Assembly: GCA_965222575.1 (NCBI GenBank)
Contig: OZ244958.1
Coordinates: 480,001 to 544,000, forward strand
Reading direction: 5' to 3'
DNA length: 64,000 nucleotides
Source of the DNA: Alphaproteobacteria bacterium
GTDB lineage: Bacteria > Pseudomonadota > Alphaproteobacteria > G965222575
Shown here: positions 16,985-26,882 of the stretch, piece by piece
Position numbering within the stretch: the stretch's first letter is position 1
Layout: every line of letters starts with the position of its first letter
Translations under genes and position numbers: made by a program
Notes under the pieces: model-generated
Seen by the model: only the letters and a program-made list of their open reading frames with translations
Told to the model about the DNA's origin: nothing
The model's database searches: none

Positions 16985-19722
16985 CTTTTACAGGCACGCA
17001 CAATTTTCGTACATCGGTCACAAAGCGTGCTCCATTCCCCCACCTTCCAACACCGACCACACCTCTCCCCCCACGCCTTTTTCACCTTTATTTCACCAAA
17101 CCCTTCACAAGAGGAAAATTTCACCCCCACTTTTGACACAATAAACAATGCCTCAAACTCTACCTCAAGCTCTTCCAAAGAAAATTGACCAAATCGACTC
17201 TCCTCTACAGCAAGTTCTACATGAGCCTCCAGACTGGACCCTATCTCCTTCTCCTCCCGCGCAACCTCAAGCTCTTTTTGAACAGCCACCCTCACAGGCT
17301 CAAATTCCTTGTACATCTTCTCTATTTCCTCTTCGTACCAACACGACGGCACAACAGGAAAAGACTCCAAGTGACTACTCCCACTTCCGCCGCCCTCAAG
17401 ATAGGCCTCCTCCGCCGTAAAGGGTAAAAAGGGACCTAACCACACCGTTACATACTTGAGAACTTGCCTCAAAATATACACGCTAGCGAGACGCTCCGCA
17501 GAATCCCTCGGGGCGCAGTACAACACATCCTTGCGTATATCAAAGTAAAACGTCGACAAAAAGGTCACAAAATCAAATAACTTCTTTACCACAACATGAT
17601 AACGAAATGTCCTCACCTCAGAACGTAACGCCTCATCTAGCACAAATAGTCGCGATAAAATATACCGCTCAAGTGAGGGCAAAGGAAGCGAAAATACCTC
17701 CCCCTCTTCCCGCCTTAAATTCCCTAAACAGAAACGCAAACAGTTTCTAAACTTCCTATACATGTCTTGTGCCGTGGCAAAAGACTCCGCACTGTACTTC
17801 AAATCCTCCGAGCAATCTGAGCTTCCTACCCATAACCGCAAGACATCACAACCATAGCGGTCTATCAACTCCATCAACCCTCGCCCCTTCCCCTGTGACT
17901 TAGAAAACTTCTTTCCGTCTCCGTCTACAATAAATCCATGCGTCATCACTGCTCTGTAAGGACTCTTCCCACCGCTTCCGCACCCGTGCAACAATGACGA
18001 CTGAAACCAACCACGATGCTGGTCAGACCCTTCTAAGTATAAATCCGCTACGGAATCGCACGACAAAAGACCAAAACAATGACTCACTCCAGAATCAAAC
18101 CACACATCCAAAATATCAAACACTTGCTCATAATCAGATAAAGCATACGTGCTCCCTAACAGCTCCTCTCCCCTCTCCCACCAAACATCAGAACCATGCT
18201 GGGCAAAAAATTCCACTATCCTCCGATTCACTTCCTTGTCCACCAAAGGCTTGCCTGTCTCCTTGTGAACAAAAAGCGCACAAGGAACACCCCATAACCG
18301 CTGCCTTGATAATAACCAGTCAGGACGATCCCTCACCGTGGCTTCAAGCCTCCTTTTTCCCCTAGAAGGAAAAAATGATACCCCCTCTAACGCCTCAAGT
18401 GCCTTTTCCCTTAAGCCTAACCGTTCCATACTCAAAAACCATTGCTCAGAACTCCTATAAATCAAGGGCGCCTTAGACCGCCATGAATGCGGATACTCAT
18501 GGCGAAAAGTTGAGGCGTTATAATAACAGCTTGCTTTCTGAAACGCTTCAATAACGGCCTCCTCACTCTTGAAAATATGAAGACCTCTAAATAGCGGCAC
18601 CTCATTTGTAAAGACCCCACCTTCCCCAACATAGTTCAATGAATCAAGCCCCTCCCGTTGCCCTAACGCAAAATCCTCTACGCCATGATCCGGGGCAAGA
18701 TGTACCAATCCCGTCCCCTGATGCGCTGTTACAAAATCACTCGCTAATAAAGGATTTTCCTTCCTGTAACCGGGTAAAGGGTGCGCATAACGCAACGAAC
18801 GCAGTTCTTCAACCGGTATCTCTTTGACAAAACGCAGAGACTCTCCCTTTAAGCGCTCTATCCCTTCTACCAATGCCTGCCCAATAACCAACTTCTTCCC
18901 CACAGAATCTGACTCGTAAAGCCCATAAGATAAATCAGGATTGTAGGCAATAGCCTGATTACACGGCAATGTCCAAGGCGTTGTAGTCCACACCAATAAA
19001 CTCATATCCTCCTCCCCCGTTACATCAAATAGAACATAAACAGTGCGCGATTCCTTTTCCCGATACTCAACCTCCGCCTCCGCAAGCGAGGTTTCCTCAA
19101 CCACAGACCAGTACACAATGCTCCTCTTGCGATATAATCGACCCTCTTCCAGAAAATTCAAAAATTCCCGCACAATAATGCTCTCAGAACGCTTATCCAT
19201 AGTCGTATACGCTTCATCCCAGCAAGAAAGAATCCCTAACCGCTTAAACTCGCTTTTCTGTATCTTTATCCACTTCTGCGCAAATTCACGACACTGGGCA
19301 CGAAACGCTAGCACCCCTAAGGACTCCTTCTTCTTCCCTTCTTCCCGTAAGGTCTCTTCTATTTTCCATTCAATCGGCAACCCATGACAATCCCAACCAG
19401 GACGAAAATTTACCGCCTCTCCAAAACCATGACGAAAACGACAGGTCATATCCTTCAGTATCTTATTCAATCCATGACCCATATGAAGGTGACCATTAGC
19501 ATAAGGCGGGCCATCATGGAGCAAAAACACGCCTTCTCCTTCCTTAGAGGTAAAAAATGCCTCCTCAAGCCCCAACCCCTTCCAATACGCTAAAAGCTCT
19601 TCTTCCTTCTCTCGAAATGCTGCTTTGATGGGAAAACCCGTGGTGGGTAACTGCAAGGTAGACCTATAATCATGCTGCTTCATACCCTCTCCTGAGGCTT
19701 TTGTGTTTCTCTTGTCTCCCAT
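16981..19722 (-). CDS. ileS: Isoleucyl-tRNA synthetase
   Basis: HDGPPYANGHLHMGH, WTTTPWTLP, EGSDQHRGWFQSS, KFSKS, C-terminal Zn finger. Alternative ATG at 19683. Confidence 0.97.
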   Translation of the reverse strand: MGDKRNTKASGEGMKQHDYRSTLQLPTTGFPIKAAFREKEEELLAYWKGLGLEEAFFTSKEGEGVFLLHDGPPYANGHLHMGHGLNKILKDMTCRFRHGFGEAVNFRPGWDCHGLPIEWKIEETLREEGKKKESLGVLAFRAQCREFAQKWIKIQKSEFKRLGILSCWDEAYTTMDKRSESIIVREFLNFLEEGRLYRKRSIVYWSVVEETSLAEAEVEYREKESRTVYVLFDVTGEEDMSLLVWTTTPWTLPCNQAIAYNPDLSYGLYESDSVGKKLVIGQALVEGIERLKGESLRFVKEIPVEELRSLRYAHPLPGYRKENPLLASDFVTAHQGTGLVHLAPDHGVEDFALGQREGLDSLNYVGEGGVFTNEVPLFRGLHIFKSEEAVIEAFQKASCYYNASTFRHEYPHSWRSKAPLIYRSSEQWFLSMERLGLREKALEALEGVSFFPSRGKRRLEATVRDRPDWLLSRQRLWGVPCALFVHKETGKPLVDKEVNRRIVEFFAQHGSDVWWERGEELLGSTYALSDYEQVFDILDVWFDSGVSHCFGLLSCDSVADLYLEGSDQHRGWFQSSLLHGCGSGGKSPYRAVMTHGFIVDGDGKKFSKSQGKGRGLMELIDRYGCDVLRLWVGSSDCSEDLKYSAESFATAQDMYRKFRNCLRFCLGNLRREEGEVFSLPLPSLERYILSRLFVLDEALRSEVRTFRYHVVVKKLFDFVTFLSTFYFDIRKDVLYCAPRDSAERLASVYILRQVLKYVTVWLGPFLPFTAEEAYLEGGGSGSSHLESFPVVPSCWYEEEIEKMYKEFEPVRVAVQKELEVAREEKEIGSSLEAHVELAVEESRFGQFSLEELEVEFEALFIVSKVGVKFSSCEGFGEIKVKKAWGERCGRCWKVGEWSTLCDRCTKIVRACKR

Positions 19723-19741
19723 TAAGATTCCAGTTGCTTAA

Positions 19742-20713
19742 CTAAATCTCCCCTAACATATCAGGCAAGATAGTTTCTATCTTCGTAAACCGCTTCTTCG
19801 ATAACGCAATGTCTTCTTGTATGCGCTTCTTTAACAACTCTTTGTTGGAAAACTTCTCTTCAGGTCTTAAATATCCTACGAAATACACATCCATTTTCTT
19901 GCCCTGTAACGACGACGCCTCATGGTAATCCAGTAAATGCGCTTCTAATACGGGAGGTTTATCAGACTTCATGGTAGGTGCTTTCCCAAAATTCACAACC
20001 CCCTTGTAAACCTTTTTCCCGCCAGATAACCGTATATAGCTCATATAAACACCAAATGCCGGGTGTATCACTTTCTCTATTGACATGTTCGCCGTTGCAA
20101 CACCTAAGGCTTTCTCACCAAGACCAGACCCTTTCTCTACCAAACCCCTAACACGCCAGTACCTCCCTAACAATAAACTCGCCTCTCTCACCCAACCGCG
20201 AACAATATATTCCCTGATTTTAGAAGATTGACATACCTCTTTCCCAACCCTATAACAAGGCACAACATGACAAGTATCAAAAAACTTCTCTAAAAGTATA
20301 CTGCTCCCTAGCCGATCCTTCCCAAAACGAAAACCCTCTCCTACTACCACACTGCGGCAACCAATCATCTCATGTAAAAATTCACAAAACTCCACAGCAC
20401 TCATACACGACACCGTAGAATCAAACGTCAGATTATACACCTTCTTCACACCAAAAGCCGATAATAATAACAGCTTGTCCTTTTCCGTTGTCAACAGAGA
20501 GGACCCATCCAGTGACCCAAAAAATACACGCGGATGAGGGGAAAAAGTCAACACGCTTAACGGACGTATCGTACTCACATCTAGACCTTTGCGCAATAAC
20601 CACTGGTGCCCTAAATGTACCCCGTCAAAATTCCCAATGGCTATGGTCTCCGCTAGCTTTGTCTTCTTCTTCTCTTCCTTCCCAGACAATTCTATTTTGT
20701 TGTACTCACTCAT
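19742..20713 (-). CDS. ribF: Bifunctional riboflavin kinase / FAD synthetase
   Basis: IGNFDGVHLGHQ, TFSPHP, GFRFGKDR, ATAN, LEAHLLD. Confidence 0.95.
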   Translation of the reverse strand: MSEYNKIELSGKEEKKKTKLAETIAIGNFDGVHLGHQWLLRKGLDVSTIRPLSVLTFSPHPRVFFGSLDGSSLLTTEKDKLLLLSAFGVKKVYNLTFDSTVSCMSAVEFCEFLHEMIGCRSVVVGEGFRFGKDRLGSSILLEKFFDTCHVVPCYRVGKEVCQSSKIREYIVRGWVREASLLLGRYWRVRGLVEKGSGLGEKALGVATANMSIEKVIHPAFGVYMSYIRLSGGKKVYKGVVNFGKAPTMKSDKPPVLEAHLLDYHEASSLQGKKMDVYFVGYLRPEEKFSNKELLKKRIQEDIALSKKRFTKIETILPDMLGEI

Positions 20714-20772
20714 TACTGGTGCCCTAAATGTATTCCATCAAAATTCCCAATGGCTATGGTCTCCCCTAGCTT
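20602..20772. repeat. 58-bp direct duplication of the ribF 5' region
   Basis: 20602-20659 versus 20715-20772 with 4 mismatches; both encode ETIAIGNFDG(V/I)HLGHQ on the minus strand. Confidence 0.9.
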
Positions 20773-21339
20773 CTTCCTCTTTATTGTACTCATATCATTC
20801 TGGAAAATACTGATTCCTCCTACTCCTTTGACTATGCCGAATTTTAAGACCCGCCGCACTCTACGCACACTTGTGATTCCTCCAAGACCATAAACAGGCA
20901 TAACACTTCTTTTTACCATATTCAAAAAAACATACAACCCTAATCCTCTTACCCCATCATGACTGCGCGTCTCAAACACAGGTGATAAAAAAATTACATC
21001 CGGCAATACAATCTCCCTATGACAACGCAATAAATTCTTCACAGAATGTACCGAACAGGTATAAAGTATGCCCGCTTTCCTCTTGCTAAACATCACAGGG
21101 GGCACTGGTGATAACGATTTTTGGTGATACCCAACACCCCCTAAAGATACCCCGTCAAAAAAAGTGGACAGCAAATAAAACCCTTTATGAGAAAATCTTC
21201 TTCTTAAAAACGATACAGTGGATAAATTCTCTTCTTTATCTCTAAGACGCACAATCAGGCCTATTGACGATGGTAAATTTTCAATCACTCGCTTCGAAGG
21301 CGCCTTTTCTGTATCCGTGAAATAAAAAAATCCGCACAT
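20713..21339 (-). CDS. Thiamine phosphate synthase (ThiE/TenI)-like protein with a RibF-derived C-terminal tail
   Basis: CSVHS, IFLSPVFETRSH, PVYGLGGI, GVGGIS. Confidence 0.75.
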   Translation of the reverse strand: MCGFFYFTDTEKAPSKRVIENLPSSIGLIVRLRDKEENLSTVSFLRRRFSHKGFYLLSTFFDGVSLGGVGYHQKSLSPVPPVMFSKRKAGILYTCSVHSVKNLLRCHREIVLPDVIFLSPVFETRSHDGVRGLGLYVFLNMVKRSVMPVYGLGGITSVRRVRRVLKFGIVKGVGGISIFQNDMSTIKRKKLGETIAIGNFDGIHLGHQ

Positions 21340-21342
21340 CTC

Positions 21343-22122
21343 CTATAAACGACACACCACAGGGACATGGTCTGAAGGCTTCTCCCAACCTCGAAGCTCT
21401 TTCTTGACGCTTATCCCCTCCACCCTGTCTGCTAAAGACGGACTCAGTAAAAAATGGTCAATTAAACAGCCCGCATTCCTCTCCCAACACCGACCGCGAT
21501 AAGACCAAAAACTAAAGGGGGGATTCTCTTCTCGTAATAGGAGCGGATTGACATAACCATAGCCTTGAAGTAAACGATAAAACCCTTGCGCATCAGGGTG
21601 CGCCACCGCATCACTTTTCCAAGATTCCCAGTCATGACAACACGCTTTATTCGGAATAATGTTGAAATCTCCACACACAACTACTTCCTCTTCCACTCTC
21701 TCCTCGAACAGCTTACACAGCGCCCGTAACCACAGAAGCTTCTTGGAAAAATTCTCACTCCCAACAGGATTCCCATTCGGAGCATACACATTGCATATCC
21801 GTATCCCCTCTATTTCAGCCTCTATATAACGCGCTTCCCCCTGCTCCGATTCTGCTGCGGCTTCCGGTGACTCCTCTAGCGTCAACCCATAGCGAATATC
21901 ATGAGCCAAAAACTGCGATAAAATCGCAACGCCGTTATACCCTTTTTGACCAAAAATTGCCACGTTATATCCTAATTCCTCCGCTAAAGTGCGCGGAAAC
22001 TCATGGTCTTGACACTTAATCTCCTGTAAACACAAAACCTCCGGTCTTTTCTCCTTCAGCCAACGCTCTAGTATGTGCTGTCGCGACCGAATAGAATTAC
22101 TGTTAAATGTTGCAATCTCCAT
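21343..22122 (-). CDS. xth: Exodeoxyribonuclease III
   Basis: MEIATFNSNS, LCLQEIK, GQKGYNGVAILS, GDFNI, PSDHVPV. Confidence 0.95.
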   Translation of the reverse strand: MEIATFNSNSIRSRQHILERWLKEKRPEVLCLQEIKCQDHEFPRTLAEELGYNVAIFGQKGYNGVAILSQFLAHDIRYGLTLEESPEAAAESEQGEARYIEAEIEGIRICNVYAPNGNPVGSENFSKKLLWLRALCKLFEERVEEEVVVCGDFNIIPNKACCHDWESWKSDAVAHPDAQGFYRLLQGYGYVNPLLLREENPPFSFWSYRGRCWERNAGCLIDHFLLSPSLADRVEGISVKKELRGWEKPSDHVPVVCRL

Positions 22123-22198
22123 AACCTGTACCCTAGCATATCTTCTCAAAAAAAGATACCATAGGACTGATATTCTTTCAAAAAAACCGTGCCTGTTC

Positions 22199-22906
22199 GT
22201 GATTACCTTCTATGGCTTTTCTTTCCTGCCAGCTTCACGCCTCGTCTTCCTCGCCCTAGAAGAAACCAAGACATCCTATGTCTTAAAGTCTCTTCAACCT
22301 TGGAATCTTCAAAAAGACTTCCTCATCCTAAGCCCTTGGAAAGAAATTCCCGTCATCGTTAAAGGCACTGACATTATCAGAGGAGCTATTCCTATTTGTG
22401 AAGACCTCTTCCCTCCACGTCATGCGCAAGGGGTAGCGGAACTAGCGTTCTTAGAAAACGCCGATACGCCCTCTCTTCTAGGGAAAGGAGGGGGGCAAAC
22501 CGCTGAAATTCGAAACCTCGTCCAGCTCTTTGAAGCCAACATGACACATGCTACAACGCTTCCCATCTTGCAAGAAAAAGCCCTGAATTTTTTCGACCAA
22601 AAAGGCGCCCCTTCGCCACAACGCTTAACCCGCGCAGAAAAAGCACTCCAACTCTATCTCAACCGCATACAAACGCTCTTTGAAGCCTATAACTTCCTCG
22701 CCGGTAACACCCTCTCCCTAGCAGACCTCGCCGCCGCCGCTCACTTCTCCATCTTAGACTACTTTGGCGCAGTCCCTTGGGAAAACTATCCCCTCGCTAA
22801 ACAGTGGTATATGAAAATGAAATCGCGGCCGGCTATGCAAAAAATCCTCTCTTGTTCCCTCCCAGGCTTCTCCCCACCTCCTCATTACGCAACTATGGAT
22901 TTCTAG
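22199..22906 (+). CDS. Glutathione S-transferase family protein
   Basis: GST C-domain LAGNTLSLADLAAAAHFSILDY...WYMKMKSRPA; usual position upstream of queG; start inferred at GTG 22199. Confidence 0.85.
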   Translation: MITFYGFSFLPASRLVFLALEETKTSYVLKSLQPWNLQKDFLILSPWKEIPVIVKGTDIIRGAIPICEDLFPPRHAQGVAELAFLENADTPSLLGKGGGQTAEIRNLVQLFEANMTHATTLPILQEKALNFFDQKGAPSPQRLTRAEKALQLYLNRIQTLFEAYNFLAGNTLSLADLAAAAHFSILDYFGAVPWENYPLAKQWYMKMKSRPAMQKILSCSLPGFSPPPHYATMDF

Positions 22907-24054
22907 TGTCCTCCTTCGCCCCTCAACTCGCTCATTATGCAAAATTACAAGGCTTCCATGTCATTGGCTTCTCCAAGCCAACCTTGCCTCAACACATCAC
23001 GCGTAACCTCCAAGTCTTTATAAAATGCGGACACCATGGACAAATGCACTGGATGGAAACCTCTCTTGACAGAAGACTACAGCCTAAACACCTTTGGAGC
23101 GAGGTGAAATCTCTCATCATGCTAGGCATGAACTACGCCCCTGACAAAAACCCCCTCCTGCACAATAATAACCCAAAAATTCCCAATATTTCTGTCTATG
23201 CTAGGGGTGATGACTATCATCTTGTCCTTAAAAAACGACTCAAACGCATTGCTCAATGGATCTGTCATCATACAGACCAACCGCATGTCAAACTCTTCGT
23301 GGATACAGCACCCGTCATGGAAAAACCCCTCGCCGCTCAAGCCGGCTTGGGATGGCAAGGAAAACACACAAACCTCGTGAGCCCATCTTACGGCTCATGG
23401 CTCTTCATCGCCTCTCTCTTTACCTCTCTTGACCTCTCCCTCTTCCAAAACCTACCCCCAACACACAACAAAATCCCCTCCTGTGGTAGCTGTAGAAAAT
23501 GTCTCACTATTTGCCCAACTAACGCTATTATCGCCCCCTACAAAATCGATGCGAGAAAATGTCTCTCCTATCTCACCATTGAACACAAAACCCCCATCCC
23601 TATCCCCCTCAGAAAATCCCTCAAAAACAAAATCTATGGTTGTGATGATTGCTTAGCTGTTTGCCCGTGGAATAAATTTGCTAAAACTTCCAACATCATG
23701 GCTTTTAAGGAAAGACCTTCTCTAAAAAATCTTCCCTTGAAACTGCTCCTCTCCCTTAATGACCAGAGCTTCAGAGCGCTCTTTCGAAAATCCCCCATCA
23801 AGCGAATCGGTGTCCATCGATTCCTAAGAAATGTCCTCATAGCTGCTGGCAACAGCCAACACCCTCCCTTGATTCCTGCTGTCATTACCTTGTTGCGTCA
23901 CCCTCATCCTCTCGTTAGAGGCGCTGCCGTTTGGGCCCTCGGTCAACTCATCGCTCAACAACCCTTTCGAAACATTGCCCAGCTTTATAAAAAACACGAA
24001 CAAGACCACTCTGTCCTCAAAGAATGGCAACACGCCTCTGAACCTCTTACATGA
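22906..24054 (+). CDS. queG: Epoxyqueuosine reductase
   Basis: YARGDDYH, VDTAPVMEK, CGSCRKCLTICP, YGCDDCLAVCPWNKF; start inferred at GTG 22906. Confidence 0.95.
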   Translation: MSSFAPQLAHYAKLQGFHVIGFSKPTLPQHITRNLQVFIKCGHHGQMHWMETSLDRRLQPKHLWSEVKSLIMLGMNYAPDKNPLLHNNNPKIPNISVYARGDDYHLVLKKRLKRIAQWICHHTDQPHVKLFVDTAPVMEKPLAAQAGLGWQGKHTNLVSPSYGSWLFIASLFTSLDLSLFQNLPPTHNKIPSCGSCRKCLTICPTNAIIAPYKIDARKCLSYLTIEHKTPIPIPLRKSLKNKIYGCDDCLAVCPWNKFAKTSNIMAFKERPSLKNLPLKLLLSLNDQSFRALFRKSPIKRIGVHRFLRNVLIAAGNSQHPPLIPAVITLLRHPHPLVRGAAVWALGQLIAQQPFRNIAQLYKKHEQDHSVLKEWQHASEPLT

Positions 24055-24758
24055 AGAACACCATCACATTGCAAACAAAGGGCTTAACTTTTCATAATCG
24101 CCTTCTTTTCCCCCCCTTTACCCTTTCCATAAGAACAGGAAAAACTTCTATCTTCATGGGACACAATGGCGCCGGCAAAACTACCCTTCTCAAAGCCATG
24201 GCCGGACTGCCTCATGACTTCCAAGATTTTCGCCTCCTCTTCCCCCCCTCTCTTCCCCACCCCTCCATAGGATATTATCCCCAAAACGCTACCGTTTTTC
24301 CTCATCTTACTGTGAAAATGAATCTCTGTATCGGATACCTCTTACGGGGAGAACCTGTCTCTGAGAAAAAACTGCAGGAGGTCATCACACTCTGTCAACT
24401 GCAATCCCTCGCTTCTCATAATTGCCAAACCCTCTCAGGCGGCGAAGCCAGCAGAGTCGCTATGGGGCGCGTCCTCATGGAAAATCCAGATGTCATTCTC
24501 ATGGATGAACCCTTCAATGCTCTTGATGTCTCTTATAGACTCCTTCTCCAAAAAAAAATCCACACCCTCTTCCCACACAAAACTATCCTCATGGTGACGC
24601 ACTCCATCAATGAAGCAGCCCTCTTAGGACATGATATCTTCTTATTCCAAGCCCCCTTCAAACCAAAAAAATGCCTCACCCAAGATAACTGCGGGCTGCA
24701 TGATAAGAAAATTTTGCAAAATACCTCCCTCTTTCTCCAAAACGCCCTCACCTCCTAA
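24051..24758 (+). CDS. ABC transporter ATP-binding protein (ThiZ-like)
   Basis: GHNGAGKTT, LSGGE, MDEPFNALD, MVTH; in an operon with an NMT1-type binding protein. Confidence 0.8.
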   Translation: MKNTITLQTKGLTFHNRLLFPPFTLSIRTGKTSIFMGHNGAGKTTLLKAMAGLPHDFQDFRLLFPPSLPHPSIGYYPQNATVFPHLTVKMNLCIGYLLRGEPVSEKKLQEVITLCQLQSLASHNCQTLSGGEASRVAMGRVLMENPDVILMDEPFNALDVSYRLLLQKKIHTLFPHKTILMVTHSINEAALLGHDIFLFQAPFKPKKCLTQDNCGLHDKKILQNTSLFLQNALTS

Positions 24759-24764
24759 CCTCCT

Positions 24765-25544
24765 GTGAAACCCCTGCTTCCTCCTCTCTTGATGATTTGT
24801 ACCTTACTCGCCCTTTGGGAAGGCGCTGTTTTTCTCAGCACTGTGCCACCTTACATTTTACCCCCTCCCTCTGCTATCTTCACCACCTTGTGGCAGCTAA
24901 AATCTCTCCTAGCACTCCATGCTGCTACCACTGCGTTGGAAATCCTCACAGGGTGGATAAGCGGGGCAAGCCTAGGACTTGTCATCGGTACCCTTTTATT
25001 CGCTCACTTGGGTGCTAGAAAAATGCTCATGCCCCTCCTGATTATCTCCCAAGCCCTTCCTGTCTTCGCACTATCCCCTCTCCTTGTCTTGTGGTTGGGA
25101 TTCGGCTTAGCCTCTAAAATCGCCATGGCGACCCTCATGATTTTCTTCCCAGTCTCAACTGCTTGCTTTTATGGATTGCTCTCTATCCCAAAAGATTCAG
25201 AAGACCTGATGATACACCTGAGTACCTCCTCCCCTTTACTCCTCAAAAGAGCCCTGTATGTGCGTATCCCTTTCGCTTTGCCACAGATAAAACAAGGACT
25301 CCTCGCTGCAGCGACCCTTGCTCCTCTTGCTGCTATCATCGCTGAATGGATAGGAAGCGCACACGGACTCGGATACCTCATGATGCATAGCATCGCTAAA
25401 ATGGAAACAACCACAATGATGGCGGCTCTCTTCGTGCTGGTCTCTTTGGCTTTAGCTTTTTACTTGCTTGTTAAAATCTCCTTAAGTATAATGACTTCCA
25501 TTCTGTGCATTGCTCAAAAAAGAATGCAAAATTTTACCACCTGA
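24765..25544 (+). CDS. ABC transporter permease (ThiX/SsuC-like)
   Basis: YILPPPSAI, SQALPVFALSPLLVLWLGFG, AEWIGS..GLGYLM. Confidence 0.85.
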   Translation: MKPLLPPLLMICTLLALWEGAVFLSTVPPYILPPPSAIFTTLWQLKSLLALHAATTALEILTGWISGASLGLVIGTLLFAHLGARKMLMPLLIISQALPVFALSPLLVLWLGFGLASKIAMATLMIFFPVSTACFYGLLSIPKDSEDLMIHLSTSSPLLLKRALYVRIPFALPQIKQGLLAAATLAPLAAIIAEWIGSAHGLGYLMMHSIAKMETTTMMAALFVLVSLALAFYLLVKISLSIMTSILCIAQKRMQNFTT

Positions 25545-25553
25545 ACACTTTAC

Positions 25554-26498
25554 ATGAAAAGAATCAACGGGCTTTTTGTTTTCATATGCGCCTTTTGCAC
25601 ATTCAATGCTTATGGCGCACAAAACTTGTCCGTTACCTTAGATTGGTTCATCAATCCAGACCATGCCCCCTTGCTTCTCGCTCAACACTTAGGGCTGTTC
25701 CAAAAACAGGGACTTACCATCACCATCATTCCGCCTGCCGACCCTAATAGCCCCCCAAAATTCGTCGCAGCCGGGAAAACCGATATTGCAATCTCTTATC
25801 AACCACAACTTACCCTCTTCGCTGCTAAAAATATGCCCCTCGTGAGAATCGCAACCCTCATAGCAACCCCACTCACTTGCTTGGTCGTCCTCAAAGAAAG
25901 CGGTATACAAAATCTCTCTCAACTCAAAGGAAAAAAAATCGGCTACTCCGTCGGGGGATTTGACGATATCTTCCTGAATACTATGCTGTCCTCCGCTAAC
26001 CTTTCCGTAAAAGATGTACAAAAAGTCGCTGTCAATTTTGCCCTCTCTTCCTCCCTTGTGTCAAAAAAAGTCCACGCCATAATCGGCGCCTTTCGAAACT
26101 TTGAACTGAATCAACTCACCCTCCTCAACCAGCCCGGAGTGCCTTTCTTCCCAGAAGAATACGGCGTCCCCCCCTATGATGAACTCATCTTCATCGTACA
26201 CACCGATAGACTCTCCGACCCACTCCTTAAAACCTTTGTCACCGTCCTAGAAGACGCCGTGCAGTGGCTCGTCAATTACCCAGAAAAAACTTGGGATATC
26301 CTTATCACCGCTTACCCAGAACTCAACACCCCCCTCAATACAAAAGCCTATCACGATACCATTAGACGATTCGCCCTCAGACCCGCTGCCCTCTCTCATG
26401 CTAGATACCAGCAATTTGCTCAGTTCCTCTTCAACAATAACCTCATCCAACACCTGCCCCCCCTCTCACAGTACGCTCGCGACATCACCAATCAATAA
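25554..26498 (+). CDS. NMT1/THI5-like substrate-binding protein (ThiY, hydroxymethylpyrimidine uptake)
   Basis: LDWFINPDHAP, PADPNSPPK, ISYQPQL, GAFRNFE, EEYGVPPYDEL. Confidence 0.88.
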   Translation: MKRINGLFVFICAFCTFNAYGAQNLSVTLDWFINPDHAPLLLAQHLGLFQKQGLTITIIPPADPNSPPKFVAAGKTDIAISYQPQLTLFAAKNMPLVRIATLIATPLTCLVVLKESGIQNLSQLKGKKIGYSVGGFDDIFLNTMLSSANLSVKDVQKVAVNFALSSSLVSKKVHAIIGAFRNFELNQLTLLNQPGVPFFPEEYGVPPYDELIFIVHTDRLSDPLLKTFVTVLEDAVQWLVNYPEKTWDILITAYPELNTPLNTKAYHDTIRRFALRPAALSHARYQQFAQFLFNNNLIQHLPPLSQYARDITNQ

Positions 26499-26525
26499 AC
26501 CCCCTATAATCCCACACCCCCAATT

Positions 26526-26882
26526 ATGTTTTCTCTTGCTCTCGCCAATACCACTCAATCTTCTCCTTTTATTCAACTCCTCCCCCTAGTTCTTATCTTT
26601 GTGGTCTTTTATTTTCTGCTCATTCGACCTCAAAGACGAAAAATGAAAGACCATCGCTTGATGGTACAAAATCTGAAAGTCGGTGACACCGTCATTACAA
26701 GCGGTGGTATCATCGGGATTATCGTTAAAATGAAAGACACAAAACTCCTCCTCAACACAAACAATATAGAACTCCTACTGGATAAAGGCTCTATTTCCTC
26801 TCTCCTGCCTCTTGAACGTGCGAAAAAACCCAACCCCCCAAAACCACAGAAAACATCCCCCAAATCAAAAAAAAGGAAATGA
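26526..26882 (+). CDS. yajC: Preprotein translocase subunit YajC
   Basis: FYFLLIRPQ, LKVGDTVITSGGIIG. Confidence 0.93.
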   Translation: MFSLALANTTQSSPFIQLLPLVLIFVVFYFLLIRPQRRKMKDHRLMVQNLKVGDTVITSGGIIGIIVKMKDTKLLLNTNNIELLLDKGSISSLLPLERAKKPNPPKPQKTSPKSKKRK

